Shown one piece after another: positions 12,758 to 26,830 of a DNA stretch of 64,000 nt. Position 1 is the stretch's first letter. Every line of letters starts with the position of its first letter. The stretch is from Ginglymostoma cirratum. Lineage: Eukaryota. Location of the stretch: contig JAHRHZ010000111.1 in assembly GCA_024137785.1 (NCBI GenBank), positions 25,099,298 to 25,163,297 on the forward strand. Reading direction: 5' to 3'. The translations under genes were made by a program, and so were the position numbers. The notes under the pieces are model-generated. The model was given only the letters and a program-made list of their open reading frames with translations, did not search any database and was not told where the DNA came from.

Positions 12758-14784
12758 AATAAAATGTTAGAGATGCACACATGCGATGAATGAATATTAA
12801 GAAGTTAGCAGCCAGAAGGCAAAGGTCAGCAGCCTGCAATGCTTATTAGTGTTTGGATAAGTCCTAGACATGGTTTTTGAATGGTCTCATGGCTGTGGTG
12901 GTGGTGGAGGAGGGGAGCACACAGATGAACCTTGATGGTATTCAAATCATTTAGCGGTTAGTGCAACATCAGGATCCAAATAATGCTACAGCACTCCTGC
13001 ATTAGTGAGACTCCCTACTCCACAGCCAAGAATGTCTCAGCCTTCTGAAGAAAAAGACCGAGTCAAAACCATAGCAAGGAGGAATTGACTGGAATAGGAT
13101 TGTAAGTCCTTCGAAATAATCTTAACTGCGAGAAGACCCACTTTGTCAAGATTTAGTAGTGAAACTGGCACTGTTGGGGCTGTTTTAACCATGTTAATGA
13201 TATAAGATACTGTGCCTGAAGGATGCTGTCCTGTGGCAGTCCACATGCACACTGTCTGGGTAAGTAATGGACGTGTCAAGATTTTGGTCTCAAATTCACA
13301 CACAAAGAGCTTTCTATACTGAGAAGTTGACCTTGATCAAGCAATCAACTGGCAGTGAATTGTTAATTGTTAAAGCAAGAAGATGCAAGGCTAAATGTAC
13401 CAGGGTTAGAAAGAGTCAAAGAGATGAGGTAATCATCTTTTGGAGTGCACCAAGCCTGAATTTGAAAAGGAATGGAGGCTTATCATTATCCTATGCGAAG
13501 AAGGTTAAAATTAAGTAATTCAGACAGATCACTCTGCAGAGAAAGCAAAATTGTTAAGATATTGGGAATAAAAGTATTCACAGAAATGTAATTAAATTTT
13601 ATCCATTGCTTACCAGTCATTCCAATGTTTAGATTCCAAACTAATCTGCAACAGCTTTTTCTTCTTTAAACCAATTGCTTTTATGACTCATATCCCATCA
13701 TGCCTGATGGCCCCTTTGTTCCTTTTCCTCACCCTTGCACCTTCCTTGTTCCAAGCGCAATATAATACTGGAACTTCTAATCAACCGTGGTAAGTGGCTG
13801 TTCATTCTTTGGTGAAGACCACAAACCAATTTGCCACTATTTCTGAGAGAATTTTGCAGGGCTGTTAGAAAGATCAGGAATTTTCAGCTTACAGATTTTA
13901 AAGCCTGCGGTCAGCATACAGCTTCTCTCCTCCATTTTGGAAAGAGTGCCAACTCCCATCAGGTTGGCTCTCCTGGCACTTGCCCCGCCCTATTTAAACA
14001 GGCAAGCATAGGAATACAGCTAGATTCAGTTCAGGCCAAGTTAAACTCCATGGGAACAGCACACCATTGAATTTACACGTGACTAGGAGGCTAAACCAGT
14101 ATATGAGACTCTGAGACTTTTTTTTTTGCTCAAGGTCTTATCAAAAGTAAATAGCGTTTTGCAGCTAAGAACTGTTTCAATGAACCATTAAAAATATTCA
14201 CCTCACCATTTCATTAACAAAAACAACCAGACATAAAGTTAAAAATCTTGCAAAGGAAGCATACGATTTTGTTGGAAAATTTTGGTAGTCAGTGGAATAG
14301 AACTGTCTGATTTTCTGCTGTCCATCTCGGTCATAAAAAAAACTCTGAATTTTATTCCAGGATTGCGTCATCAACAACAGAAAGGGGCACTGCTTTATTT
14401 ACTAATATGGCGTGTTTCACATCTCTCAAAGCCATAATGGTGCTGAAGATATGCATGAAGTGAACTATTCTTCCCTATCAGGTAGTTATATTTGTTGGGC
14501 ACAGTACACAACCTTTAGAGAATCCCTCAGGTGATAATAGGGTATGTCCTGTACAAGACATAATGGGCCCACATGTGGGCAAGCATGGAGGCAGGCATGT
14601 ACAAAAATTTGTGCCATTTGTCAACGTTCTGGTCTACGTGTAACATCCCACGGTAGGTGACCACCTACCAGAACTTTATTTGGGGCTCAGCATAGCTACT
14701 CTCCCAAAAGTGGTGAGTAACTAGTGGCATTGACTGGCCACAAAGTCCTGATTGGCAGAAGCCAATTGGATTGCACATCATTCA

Positions 14785-15150
14785 CTGCTCTTTCGAATGT
14801 CTCAATTGAATCTGCTTCCACCACGCTTCCAGGCAGTGCATTCCATACCTTAAATGCTTACTGAGTAAGGAAGCTTTTCCTCACCTCACCTTCACTTCTT
14901 TTGCAGATGATTTGAAATCTATGCCCTTTTGTTTGTTTTACGCAGGGATGCAGTTTTTCCCTATCTACTCTAACCAACTTGCTCATGATGTTGAAACCCT
15001 CTAACACATCTCCACCTAGCCTTCTCCTCTCCGAGCAGAACAGTCTCAACCTGTATCCTAATAACTGCAGTTCCTCATCCCCATTCTTGTAAACCCTCTC
15101 TGCACTCTTTCCCAACGTGCTCACATTCTTCAAAATAATGTGGTGCCCAG
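14785..15150 (-). mobile_element. CR1 LINE ORF2 3' fragment
   Basis: ORF 14858-15133 contains RRRLGGDVLEGFNIM...VDREKL...KGHRFQI, the CR1 ORF2 C-terminus. Confidence 0.8.
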
Positions 15151-16648
15151 GAGGGTCACAGGGACTAGAAGGGTTTGGTTTGGGAGATTAAGACATTAGA
15201 GAGAGAACAGCTCAAAATGGGGTGTTCACGCTCTCCATTCCACTCTCTATTTTTCAAACTGCAAACTTCATCTCTTCCTACACTGAAGGGCCTTCTATTG
15301 AAGCGTGTCTGCCATCCCCAATTGGATGTTAAGCCTGTCTTCTGGTCACTAATTGGTCCATTCACAGAAAATCACTGTCAGGTGACTGATTACCAAAGAG
15401 CACAAGATTGTAATACCCTTTTGATTCCAATTGGGATTCCAACCAAAATGTGAAATCCAAACCGACAACTGACCACAGCATAATATCGCAACAGTTCTCA
15501 ATCTGTACTTTCCTAAACAAACCTTGCTTTATCGATCTAACTGGAAATAATTTGGGTAAGTTGGGTAAGTGAAAAGTGCACATTTTCACTACAATTTCAG
15601 TTCAAACCATTGAATTCTGAAACTGGAAAACAGGCAATATAGATTTCAGTGAACGTGGTAAATCTGGGGCCCATAATAATGTTTTCCTTTTGCATTATCC
15701 AAGTTTTTGTCCCTCTAGTCTCATTGCGAATTTGGGCTGAATTTTGCAGAGGGCACAGGGGGTTAACGAAAGTCAAACAAGGCCACTTCTCAACAGTAAC
15801 ATGCTGCAGGAATTTTTAAGCAGACGAGGGCTTGATGCTGGTTTTAAGAAAGTCCTGTTCTTCAAGCTGTCAGCCAATCTGATTGACTAGAACTCAGTAC
15901 TGGGCACCCTCATAATGCAACGAGGCCCCAGGAGGAAAGCCCAGGATTTGGAGCAAAGCTAAAGCTTCAATGAACATGGGGATGATAACAAAGTGTTTGG
16001 ACGCTGAAGAATAGGTGGGAAAGAACAAAATGGGAGTATAATAATTCCTTGGTGGGGGCTGTCCCTGTTGTGCAAAAGGAAATGCCTGCAAAAAATACAC
16101 CGCTCTTCCTATCTTTGGTACCCACCTCAGCTATAAAGTTATTTAAGATACCTCACACCCTGACCTTCGCGTGCTAACCATTTTGTGGCAAAGACAGTGT
16201 ACTATTTAGGTCAATCTCTATTAATAAATTTTCAGAAGAAATGTTGACGTGTGGTTGGCCATCTGTCATAATTTAATGACTCCCCCAACCAAAAATTTGT
16301 GGCTGAGGAACTATAGTATCCAACTCATGGTTAATATAAACAACTTGCAGATATTGCAGAATTCCTCACGATTTACAAATGGGCAAGTACAACCGAGCTT
16401 CACCCATTCTTCCCAGTTATCTCTCAGTTTATATCAAACATTCAGCAGTGCTCTTTTGGTAGAAGGTAGCCTTCAAAGTGTCAGGAGCAAGATATTTTCA
16501 ATAGGAGTTACCTATTGTTATGAAAGTAAAATAAACCTTATGAAAGTTAGAACATGCACAGTCCTGAGCTCAGACATCATACATATAATTGCCCTTGGCC
16601 CACTCCAGCATTCAGGAAGAAAATAATTAAATGCAAGCACACAAATTA

Positions 16649-16783
<135 letters not shown>

Positions 16784-17013
16784 CTATGTGCACACCCATG
16801 AATGTATGGGTGGAAAGGATAAAATAAGAAAGGGATGGAAGATGACGAATACTGAATTTTTCATTAGTAAGTCCCAGGAGAACTAATTTCTTCAGTACAG
16901 TCGTGCATTAGCCAGCCACCAATGCAATTGACAATGTGCTTTATCCAGTTAGAGACATGAAATTTCAAAATTGCTAATGTGGTGAAATTTTAATTTTAAC
17001 AATGAGCACTCAC

Positions 17014-17047
17014 CTGAAGAGTTCTTGGATTACTGGTTCTATGGGGA
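17014..17047 (-). CDS. MYT1L/ST18: Second coding exon (34 nt) of the MYT1-family gene
   Basis: ttttcatttctccccag|TCCCCATAGAACCAGTAATCCAAGAACTCTTCAG|gtgagt. Encodes (V)PIEPVIQELF(S), cf. MYT1L VPVEPAIQELFS. Phases are consistent with both neighbours. Confidence 0.93.
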
Positions 17048-17226
17048 CTGGGGAGAAATGAAAACAATACAGATTTATCATGTCTTATAATTACCTGGTT
17101 CTTCATATATAACAGCCAGTAAGTTTCCATGAAAGTACAGTCAGGATGAGACAAGCTAAGAGGCTCTGGTGGATGAAGGTCACCCTGAGCACGGGTTTGA
17201 CTGATTTACTGAGCCATTAGCCTTAC

Positions 17227-17281
17227 CTCGGATACCTTTCGAGCGTGTGCGGTGGCGCTTCTGGTCTGCATCCGCCTCCAT
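17227..17281 (-). CDS. MYT1L/ST18: First coding exon (55 nt, ATG at the acceptor) of a MYT1-family C2HC zinc-finger transcription factor; MYT1L-like, ST18 not excluded
   Basis: Minus strand: branch-like tactaat, then ctgttttcag|ATGGAGGCG...ATCCGAG|gtaagg. Encodes MEADADQKRHRTRSKGIR, matching the MYT1L N-terminus MEVDTEEKRHRTRSKGVR. Splices in frame to the next two exons. Confidence 0.93.
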
Positions 17282-20200
17282 CTGAAAACAGATTAGTAGG
17301 CATTTAGTGTCCTTACCCAGCACACACAGGCCTTCAATACACAACATGCCAATGCGCGGTACAGGATTTATTAACACACCTCTCCCTGTTTCCACGTACA
17401 TTTTGATACATAAAATTAGCAAAATTAATGATTTCCTCGTCTTTTTTTTTGCTTTGAGCGGTGAATAAAACTTTATTCTGTGTTTGATAGAAAATAACAA
17501 CTGACCACTTTGACAATATCAACTAAATTTTCTTTATTCTGCATTGCTGTATTTTTCAGGGATTTTTGTAATAGTCAAGTCAACCAGAATGGTGATTGCA
17601 ATAGATTTATTAAGGTAGGTGTCAACAATTTCTTTGTTATGAATGGGTTGTTATTGTTACTTAAAAGGGCAAAGCTTGAGCTAAAAGGTTAATTTGTTTA
17701 ATCAGAGGGGCTCAAATTCTGCAAAATGTTCATGTACCATACCTACTATATTGTATATTAATCTGACAACAACATTGTATTAAGGATAGTCTCTCACTTC
17801 TTAATTCTAGGTAGTATCGCTAATGATGCAATAAATCAATATAACTGTTGATTTTCTAATTACCTATTGGTTTATGAAGGCATTAAAAAACATAAAATGG
17901 ACAAAATAGAGAAATATAGTTCATGGTCACTCTGTTGGGAGTAAATGGTGCACATAAATATTAAATGTCGCACCACTAAAGCATTTTTTTTTCAACCATT
18001 GCATTTGAATTTCTAAATGGCAATCCTTAAGAAACATTCTTGTTCTGAGGAATATTCAAAGTACTTATATTGCCAAATCCTTCTGCACAATGGGATAATG
18101 GGACAGAATTTTGCTGCTAATCAGGTAATCTGGCTAATAGATTACAATTAGAACCTGGCCTGTATGCATAGCCACCATGGGAATAACCTTCCCTTAAAAC
18201 ATTAACTAGTCAATGAGCATCTGCAAGGCCAGGAGACTGAAAATCACTGGGGAACATCTGCTTGCCCAAACTTTGGCATGAACCCAAGGTTAGCGTGGAA
18301 CATGAGTGCAAAGTGTTCACTAGATGCACTTGAAAGCATTATGCACAATCAATTTCACTCTTGCGCATTTCCTATAATATTTTTATAATGTGACTGTAAT
18401 TTAAAGTCACCAGCTTTGTACAGATAGCCCCAGCCAGGAACTGCTCAAAAGAAAATGGCCTGGCATCTAGTCTTGCTAATAAGAAGCTCAGATTCTAAAA
18501 TAGTTCTAATTTATTAAAAAAGAAAAGCATGCAAATCATCGAGGCATCACATGACTGGTGTTTAGGGAAAAAGGAACTAAAAAGTGAAAGAAATACATAG
18601 ACTGCGATAAGTGAGAAAAAGCAACAAAAAAGTGGTCATGCAAATTTCAACAATGATTGGTAATTTTAGGCTTCTAAGAAGTTTAGCAATTTCACGTCTC
18701 ATATGTTCAGTGCCCTCTATCTTTGTTCAAAAATGTCAATTTCTTGGCTGCTGCCTGGATACTAACATTGCCTTCTCAGATCTATCTTTGAATCCTGTCC
18801 AGGCTCTAATGTGATTGAAATCTGCCCTTTCCATTGGCTGAGAGGGTCAAATTAATTTGCCCGTTCTAAATCCAGTTCCTTTGGCATCAGTCAGCAACAC
18901 AAAACTATTCATAACTCGGCACCAATTTAGTAAAAAGACTGGCAATTACACACAAAAAAAAAATTCAAGGGTAGTCGGTGTGAAGAATGAAAATGTCACA
19001 TTGCTGCAGTAGGGGCGCTGCTCTAATTTGCGTTTAATGCCCATTGTTACAGCAGAGTGCAGAGGACTCAGCATCAAACCAATGCCATGTCTGAGCTCAA
19101 TATTAACACTGGATGCTAGAAGTGGCAGAAGCCTTTCCATTCCTGCACTGAAAGCCCTCACCTTGACAAGGACAAATCAGAAAAAAAAAGCACTGAAGAA
19201 AGATCATTACAGCAAAGTGTTAAGTGTAGATGGGAGTCATGAACTTGCCCAGAATACTCCGAACGAAGGCCAAGGAATGACAGCCCTCTGTGCAATTATT
19301 GTAACCTGTATTCCTTCATGACACAGAAGCATATAGATCCAACCATGACGACGGAAAGGAGTTAGCTTGTAAACATACAGATTTTGCCTCTTTCCTACTA
19401 AGTTAATTTCCCAGTGAAAAATAAGGATGAATGACCAATTCTTTCAAAAATGCAAAGAAAAGGGTTGGGGGATGGTGGTGGGAGTGAAAGAGGGGAGTGG
19501 TATTTTAATCTGAATGGAAGCTTCTTTTGTGTCGTTAAGTTGAAACAAACAAAAGGAGTTGTGTGAGATTCCAGCATCCTTCGCACAGCAGAAAACTGAA
19601 ATTACAGCAGGTCACCAGGGAGGAAATTCTCAACTATCAAACTGTAAGAATAATGAGGTCATTTCCTCCCACAGTTGGAGAAGCCAGAGCAGTTTTTAAA
19701 AAAAAACTTGACAGACACAATGCCCGTTGAGAACCCTTGACTGATGAATCAGGGATGGGTTGAAGTAAGTAAGTAAATATGCCTTGGCAGCTCAGCATCT
19801 AGCAGAGGGGTGATACTGAGACACTTGGTGCTGCATTAAAATGATTCTCTGTTCTTCCCAATGCGGTAATACAAGCTTTAGATACCACAGAAGGAGAATC
19901 TGATGCATTATTTGTGTTGAACAAAATGCTGTTTGGTCAGGGCATTACTGTAAAGTGTCGCCACAGCAATTCAGTCCTATTTCTTATTTGAATGTATTTT
20001 TAAGGAACCTTTCTTGATTATATATTCTTGCACAAAATATTATTAGTTTTTTTTGCAAGCAAAACAAAATACCTATGAATTTCAAATGTGAATTTAAAAC
20101 AAAACAACGTCTCCGTGTTTGCTGTAATTAGCCAAATTGTGACAAATTTTCATCTTCTTTAATTGCATTTTCGCCAATTGGATTCCTCCGATGATTTGAT

Positions 20201-21859
20201 GAGCGAATGCCCCCTGTGACACATCACTGAGAAAGCAGATCAGAAAGTCCAGTATGAGGAATTCATTTGTTGCTTATCTCAGCTGAGCTAATGGCCTGAT
20301 GAACCCTTGAACCAGAGAAGCATAAAGCAGTCAATGGTCCCAGGCACCAGTGAACATGTGGGGTTGCTCGATAAGGAAAGCAACAAATTTTGTCATGATA
20401 TCTTGTATGGTCGAAAAGCCAGCCAATACTCACTATCAGGATTCACACCAGGGGAATGGCCATTTTTGACAGATATTGGAGGGCACCAGATCAAGAGTGT
20501 ATCAGCTTCATTGGGAGATAGGGTAAGTGGAGTAACACAAATTCCAAGCTGGGAAGCCAAGTTTCCTGATTACGTTCCAGCTGCCCTTGGAGAACACACA
20601 ACCATAAAATTAAAACAAGGACAGGCCATTCAGTCTATCTGCCAGGAACTATCATTCAGATCAAAGTGCAATCCATTTTCAGACCCTTTCAGCTTCACAT
20701 CACAATCAGAATCAAACACATGGCTTCTAACTTTTAAATCCAGCATCACATTCAAATGCAAATATTATATGCTATTATTCTGTAAAACAATACATTTACT
20801 GTCCTAAGACTTTTATGGATAGTAACCATTAAGGAAAACAATCAATCAAAATATGGAACACTCCACCACACCAAAGTCGGCAGCAAAATTTAAACTATTC
20901 AGAAGCAAAAGCAAATTGCAATTTTTAAAAGTTGATAAATACATTTATGGATAACTAGAAGGGGTATACTTTTGAATACTGTAAGCTGAATCAATATATC
21001 TGAATTTCCTGCAAATTGCATTGTAAGGAAAACACTGGATTTTGTTATTTGAATCTGATTTGCAAATACACTATATATTGTGCCTCTTCAGGGCGGTCAA
21101 GCTTAACCTTTCTCACAAATGCAACTTCTGTACCAAACCACTATAACCAACAGAGATATGGATATCTTTAAAATGTACTGACAAGGCCCTTCTAATCACC
21201 TACTTAAATAAAAGATTCACAGTTCAAAGAACCAGCCATTTGTTCAATGTCATCAATCGCGTCAATAATATTGCTGCGAAAACGGTGACTGAGACAAATG
21301 AAAGATGAGCATTCAACAGGAAATGCTCAGAAACAAAATACGTGCAGGCTAAACCTATCTACCCTTAAAGGTAAGGTTCCCAATCTAGGGAAGTATACTG
21401 TGCACATAAATGTTGCAGCAAAACTTGGCATTTGTTCCCTGATTTAAATACTACAGATGAACAAGGTCAAGGGTCTGACATCGATCATTGCCTTGGTTTA
21501 GAGATACGTTGCTTGTTGAAACAAATATACACACCAGCAACAATATTTTCCTCAGAAGAAGGGCCTTCTCAAACATAAACCAGTCTTTCTTTTTCAATGC
21601 TGATGAACTTGCTGTCTATTTCAAGCACTTTCAACATTTTCAGTTTATGTATGCTGATATTTCCAGCAAACAAAACAGCTTGAAAATTAATGCCACCATT
21701 AGCATGCCTTTACCAAAACAATTAGGAGCAATAATTTTTTTTTACTTGTCTACATATTTTCTGTTGATATTAAGACGATATATTTTGCTTTAAGTTAGTC
21801 ATTGAGACTACTGGAGAAACTAGCTTGACAGGGTTATTGATCCCAAAAGAGCTGTGGAA

Positions 21860-22245
21860 CCACAAGAATACATGTAACAATAACTTGCATTTATGTAGTG
21901 CCTTTAATTTTAAAAACAATTTCTCAATGTGCTTCAATGAGGTATTAGAGTAAGAAAAGTGCTGTTTCATGTAACAGGCATTAAGAATAGTAATGGATGG
22001 ATAAGCTAGTGGTCATAAAGGGATGTCAGAGGTTTAGGAAGGGAATTCCAAAGCATAGAACCTAGATTGTTACAGGTACAATTGTTAGTGTGTGGGAAGG
22101 GAAAGATGCATGAAAAGCCACAGTCAGAGGAATGGAGAATTGTGGTTGGGATTGGGACTCATTTGGGTGGTGTTGGTAGGTGGCTGTAGTCCTGGGAGAG
22201 ATATGCAGACAGGGAGTAGTGAGGCCATGGAAGGAATCAAACAGA
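21860..22245 (-). mobile_element. Decayed L2-type LINE 3' end (second copy ~23435-23810)
   Basis: aacaataacttgcatttatgtagtgccttt and gcatttatatagtgcctttaacatagaaaa are reverse complements of the L2-type tail, followed by purine-rich body. Confidence 0.5.
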
Positions 22246-22819
22246 TGCAGCTTTAATGGCATGGTCACTATCCAGCTCTGGGTTAATAACAATCTGCTGC
22301 TGTTAATTCTGATGTTGGGAGGTCGGTCAATGTCCTTTTATATTGATAGTGTGCCACTGGGTGCACTCCTAATGTGGATATCAGTACCAAAGGAGGCATT
22401 CACAATGCCTTCAAATAAGGCCAAGGACTTACATTTATTGGATGGCCAATGAAGACATGTTGGGGGTCCTTCGTTTTTTTGAACTCTATCTGGATCAAAG
22501 AGGCACTCTCAAGATCCTGGTGAATAAAAAAAGTGAAAGAAACACTAATCCACTGCCCAACATCAACATAAGTAGACAACTCCTCAAATGAGTACTTCAA
22601 CTACATCATTAAATTTATTACTTAGGAAAAAGAAAATTATGGGATAAAAAAGCTATTGAAATGCTGAAAATTATTTACAATTGAATTTCATTCATTTGGG
22701 ACACTCAAATAGTAACTGCAATGACAATTAAACCAAGTACCAGGAAAAATTTTGAAAGGTGAATAGTTTAATAATCTTAATCAGTGATACAACTGTGCAT
22801 TACCTGGGGAGTGGGAGTG

Positions 22820-23425
22820 GGTAAAGAACAGAATGTCCATAAAAATGACACGGCTTCCAGTTGCCTGCCACTTCCACACACCACCATGTTCATGGCCAAC
22901 ATCTGTCTCAGGCTTGCTACAATGCTCCAGCAAAGCTCAGCGCAAGCTGGAAGAGCAGTATCTCATCTTCCCCTTGGGAACCCTGCAGCTTTCAGGACTC
23001 AATATCGAGTTCAAAAATTTTAGGACCTGATAAACATCCTTCTATGTCATTTACTCACCCTCACATCCCACGGCCTGTCAATTACATTGGCTGCTTTCAG
23101 CTGAGCCAACCAATTTTCACCCACTCAGCATCCCCATTACCAGCTTTATTCCTTGCCTAGCTTACTATTACCCATCCTTTTGGCTGCCTAACTTGCTTTC
23201 TCTCTCTCTGGATTCTGTCTCCACCTTTCTGCTCACTCCTTTTTCCTCCCATCTCTTGCTGTCACCATAAACTCCACTTTTTCCTACCTCCCATCAGTCC
23301 TGAAGAAGGGTCAGTGGACTTGAAAGGTTTACTCGGCTTTCTCTCCACAGATGCTGCCAGATATGCCGAGTTTCTCCAGCAATTTCCGTTCTTGTTTCAG
23401 ACATGCAGCACCTGCAATTCTCTAT
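22820..23425 (+). mobile_element. Penelope-like element 3' part: GIY-YIG endonuclease C-terminus, pyrimidine-rich UTR and pLTR with hammerhead motif
   Basis: ORF 22833-23030 LPVACHFHTPPCS...GLLQCSSKAQRKLEEQYLIFPLGTLQLSGLNIEF matches the PLE endonuclease C-terminus. CTGAAGA-AGGGTC-AGTG-GACTT-GAAA at 23300-23325. Confidence 0.85.
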
Positions 23426-24369
23426 TCTATTACTGAGGCATTTATATAGTGCCTTTAACATAGAAAAGTGTCCCAAGTGTTCATTGGAACATAATCACAC
23501 AAAATCGGACAATGTGTCACAAGAATATGCAACAGGACACTGTTCTGTCAAAGAAACAGGAATTTGGGAGCCAGGCACGAAGAGCATTAGCAGAAAATTT
23601 CAGGGTTTGGGGCCTAGACACTTGCAGGCATGATAACCAATGGTACATAAAAGAAAATTTAGATCAAGAAGAAGGCCAAAATTGGACAAGTGCAGAGATC
23701 TTGGAGATCTTTGAAAGCAAGGGTGAGAATTTCTAATCAAGGTGTCAACAGATCAGGAGAAAAGTAGGCTTGGAAGCACAGGAGTAATGGCAAAGTGGGA
23801 TGTTATGTAGGTCGCATCTCCCCGTTCTCACTTGACTATCATGTGTGAGGTAACATCATGGGGATATTTGACTAAATAATAAAAAAACCACAGCCAACTT
23901 GTATGCAAAGTTTCACAGAACAGCCAATGGGAAGCAAGCAAAGCAGGGGCAGCCAATTTTGCCTCCTGGTGGAAATTTGGAGGAAGTGACAGAATACTGT
24001 GAGGAGGTTTTATTGGCAGCTTGGCTGATTTTAACTGGACATAGCTTCGGAACACTGAGAGCCATATTGATGCTTCTCCTCATTATCCTGGCAAAAATCA
24101 GCCAGTTGAACATGGTGAGGGCCTGCACCTAATACCTTCTTGGTCTACATCCTCCTTATCACGACATAAAATATTTTTATATGCTGAGTCACTAAGAGAG
24201 CTTCCAAAAGCAGTATTTTTAAGATGGAAGATTCATTTGAACAACTTTAATTGAACATAACGTGAGTGAACAGGTATGTTTTATATACAATGTCAATGGT
24301 TTGCAGCATATTTCAATTTCCTTAATCCAAACTGGACAAGTGGAATTCCAGGCAGTAGATGCTTTGTTA

Positions 24370-26830
24370 AGTTTTAACTGTGAAACACCAAGTCTTTGGT
24401 ATAGGAAATGAGCTGTCTATGATAAATTGGGGAACATGACTTAAAGGCATGATAGTGTTTAGGTAATGGCAAACACCTAAAGAGCACATGAATGAACTGC
24501 AACAACTGTGCATTCCTGTTGGGCACAAAAATAAAACAGGAATGATGGCCCGATGATGGTTAACAAGCGAAATTAGGGATAGTATTGGATCCAAAGAAGT
24601 GGCATAAAAAAATGTCCACAAAATCAGCAGACCCGAGGAGCAGTTTAGATTTCAACAAAGGAAGATAAAGGGATTGATTATAAATGGGAAAATACTGTGC
24701 AAGAGTAAGTTTGCAGGGAACATACAAACTGTGATGAAAAAATTGATTAGTGAAGATAAATTTAGGTCACTCACAGTCAGAAACAGGGTATGTTATAAAG
24801 GGGAACAAATAGACGGCAGCCAATGAAATATATACTTTCGTTCAATCTTCACCAAGAAGGACACAAATAATGTCCAAGAGTGTTGGGGAACACAGGTTCC
24901 AGTGAGAGGGAGGAAATTATGGAAATCAGTATTAGTATGGAAATGGTGTTGGGGAAATTGACAGGGAAAGGGCTGATAAATTCCTAGGGCCCGATAATCA
25001 ACATTCTAGAGTACTTAAGGAAGTGGCACGAGAAATAGTGGATGCTTTGATGACTATCTTTCAAGATTCTAAAGTTCCAATGGGTTGGAGTATAGCTAAC
25101 GTAACCCCACTATTCAAAATAAAAGGAGGAAGAGAGAAACAATGAATTCTGGACCCATTAGCCTGACATCGACATTAGGGAAAATGGTAGCGTCATTACA
25201 AAAAGTTAAGAGAGGACTGGGTGAGCAGTGACAGGATCCAGCAGGGTTTTTGAAAGGAAATTCATGTTTGACAAATTTACTGGAATTTTTCAAGGATGTA
25301 ACTGGTGAAGTTGACAAGGGGGAGTCAGTGGATGTGGTTTACTTAGAATTTCACAAGGCTTTTGATGACGTCTCAATTAAGAGATTAGCATGTAAGTTAA
25401 AGGGCTTGGAATTGGGAGTAAAGTATTGACGTGGATAGAAAACCAGTTTGCAGACAGAATACCTTTTTTTAATTCTTTATTCATTCACAGGATATGGACA
25501 TCACTGCCTAGGCCAGCATTTATTGCTCATCCCTACTTGCCCAGAGGGAAGTTAACAGACACCCAGATTGGAGTCACATGTAGGCCAAAACAGGTAAGAA
25601 TGGCTGTTTCCCTCCCTAGAGGACATTAGTGAACCAGATGGGCTTTTCCCACAAACAACAATGGATCCCTGGTTGTCATTAGACTCTTAATTCCAGATTT
25701 TTATTGAATTCAAATACTACCAACTGCCATGGCAGGATTTGAACCTTGGTCCCCAGGTCATTACTTGGGCCTTTGGATTAATAGTCTAGCAATAATACCA
25801 CTAGGCCATTGCCTCCCCAATATGCAAAGAATAGGAATATGTAGATCTCTTTTCTGAGTGGCAGGCAGAAACTAGTGGGGTACCACAGTGATCAGTATTT
25901 GGGCCCCAACTATTCCCAATATATTTTAATGATTTAGATGAAGGAACGAAATGTAATACCTCCTGGTTTGCCAAGCTGAGTGGGAGGGTGAGTTTTCAGG
26001 AGGATGCAGAGATGCTCTAGTGAGATTTGTACAAGTTAAGTGAGTGGGCAAACACATGGCTGACGAAGTATAATGTGGATAATTGTTAAAAATTGGCAAT
26101 TCTTTTGCTAAAAATTTAGCAAATTTTGACAGCAAAGACAGGAATGCTGATTATCTGAATCACAACAGATTGGGAAAGGGGGAGGTGCAATGAGACTCGG
26201 GTGCCCTTGTACATCATTCACTTAAAGAAAGCAGGCAGATGAAGCAGGCAGTGAAGAAGGCAAATGGTATATTAGCCTTCATAGGATTCAAATACAGGAG
26301 CAGTGACATCTTGCTGTAATTATACATGACCTTGTGAGACCACACCTGGAGTATTATGCAGTTTTGGTCTCCTTACCTGAGGAAAGATGCTCTGGTTTGT
26401 AGCGAGCGCAACAAACGTTTATCAGACTGAGTCCTGGGATGGTAAGACTGACTTATGAAGAGACACTCGATTGGTTTGGATCGAATTCACTGGAGTTTAA
26501 AAGAATAAGGGGAGATCTCATAGATGCCTATAAAATTATACAGGACTTGAGAGGGTAAACACAAGAAGTATGTTCACGATGAAGTGGGAAGTGCAGATCA
26601 AGAGTCAAAGTTTGAGGACTTGGGGAAGGACACTTAGGAGTTAGATAAGTCGCAATTTCTTCACCCAGGGAGCAATGAGCCTATGGAATTCCCTGCCAAA
26701 GAAATCAGTTGAAGACAAAACATTGGAAGCTTTCAGAATGAAGTTAAATATGACTCTTAGGGCTAAAGGGATCGAAAGCTACGGGAGAAAGTGGGAGCAG
26801 GGTGCTGAGTTGAATGATCAGCCAGATATA
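24370..26830 (+). mobile_element. Decayed CR1 LINE ORF2 (tether, RT, C-terminus) with nested SINE
   Basis: Frameshifted motifs PISLTS, KGNSCLTNLLEFF, VDVVYLEFHKAFD, GVPQ*SVFGP, RPHLEY, WNSLP. Confidence 0.88.
25464..25818 (-). mobile_element. tRNA-derived SINE with L2-group tail, nested in CR1
   Basis: Minus head gggaggcaatggcctagtggt (A box)...ggttcaaatcc (B box). Tail caataaatgctggcctaggcag...tgaatgaataaa is shared with the LINE end near 29140. Confidence 0.8.

Noticed and set aside
17282-17320. Donor-like TGG|gtaagg just upstream of the ATG-exon acceptor
   Set aside because: It would define an intron of only ~34 nt, too short for normal splicing.
17180-17500. 106-aa ORF as a single-exon gene
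   Set aside because: Only 17227-17281 is coding; the rest is read-through into flanking introns.
20307-20807. Longest ORF in the track (166 aa)
   Set aside because: Non-ATG start, overlaps a decayed SINE, antisense to the host gene, no domain motif.
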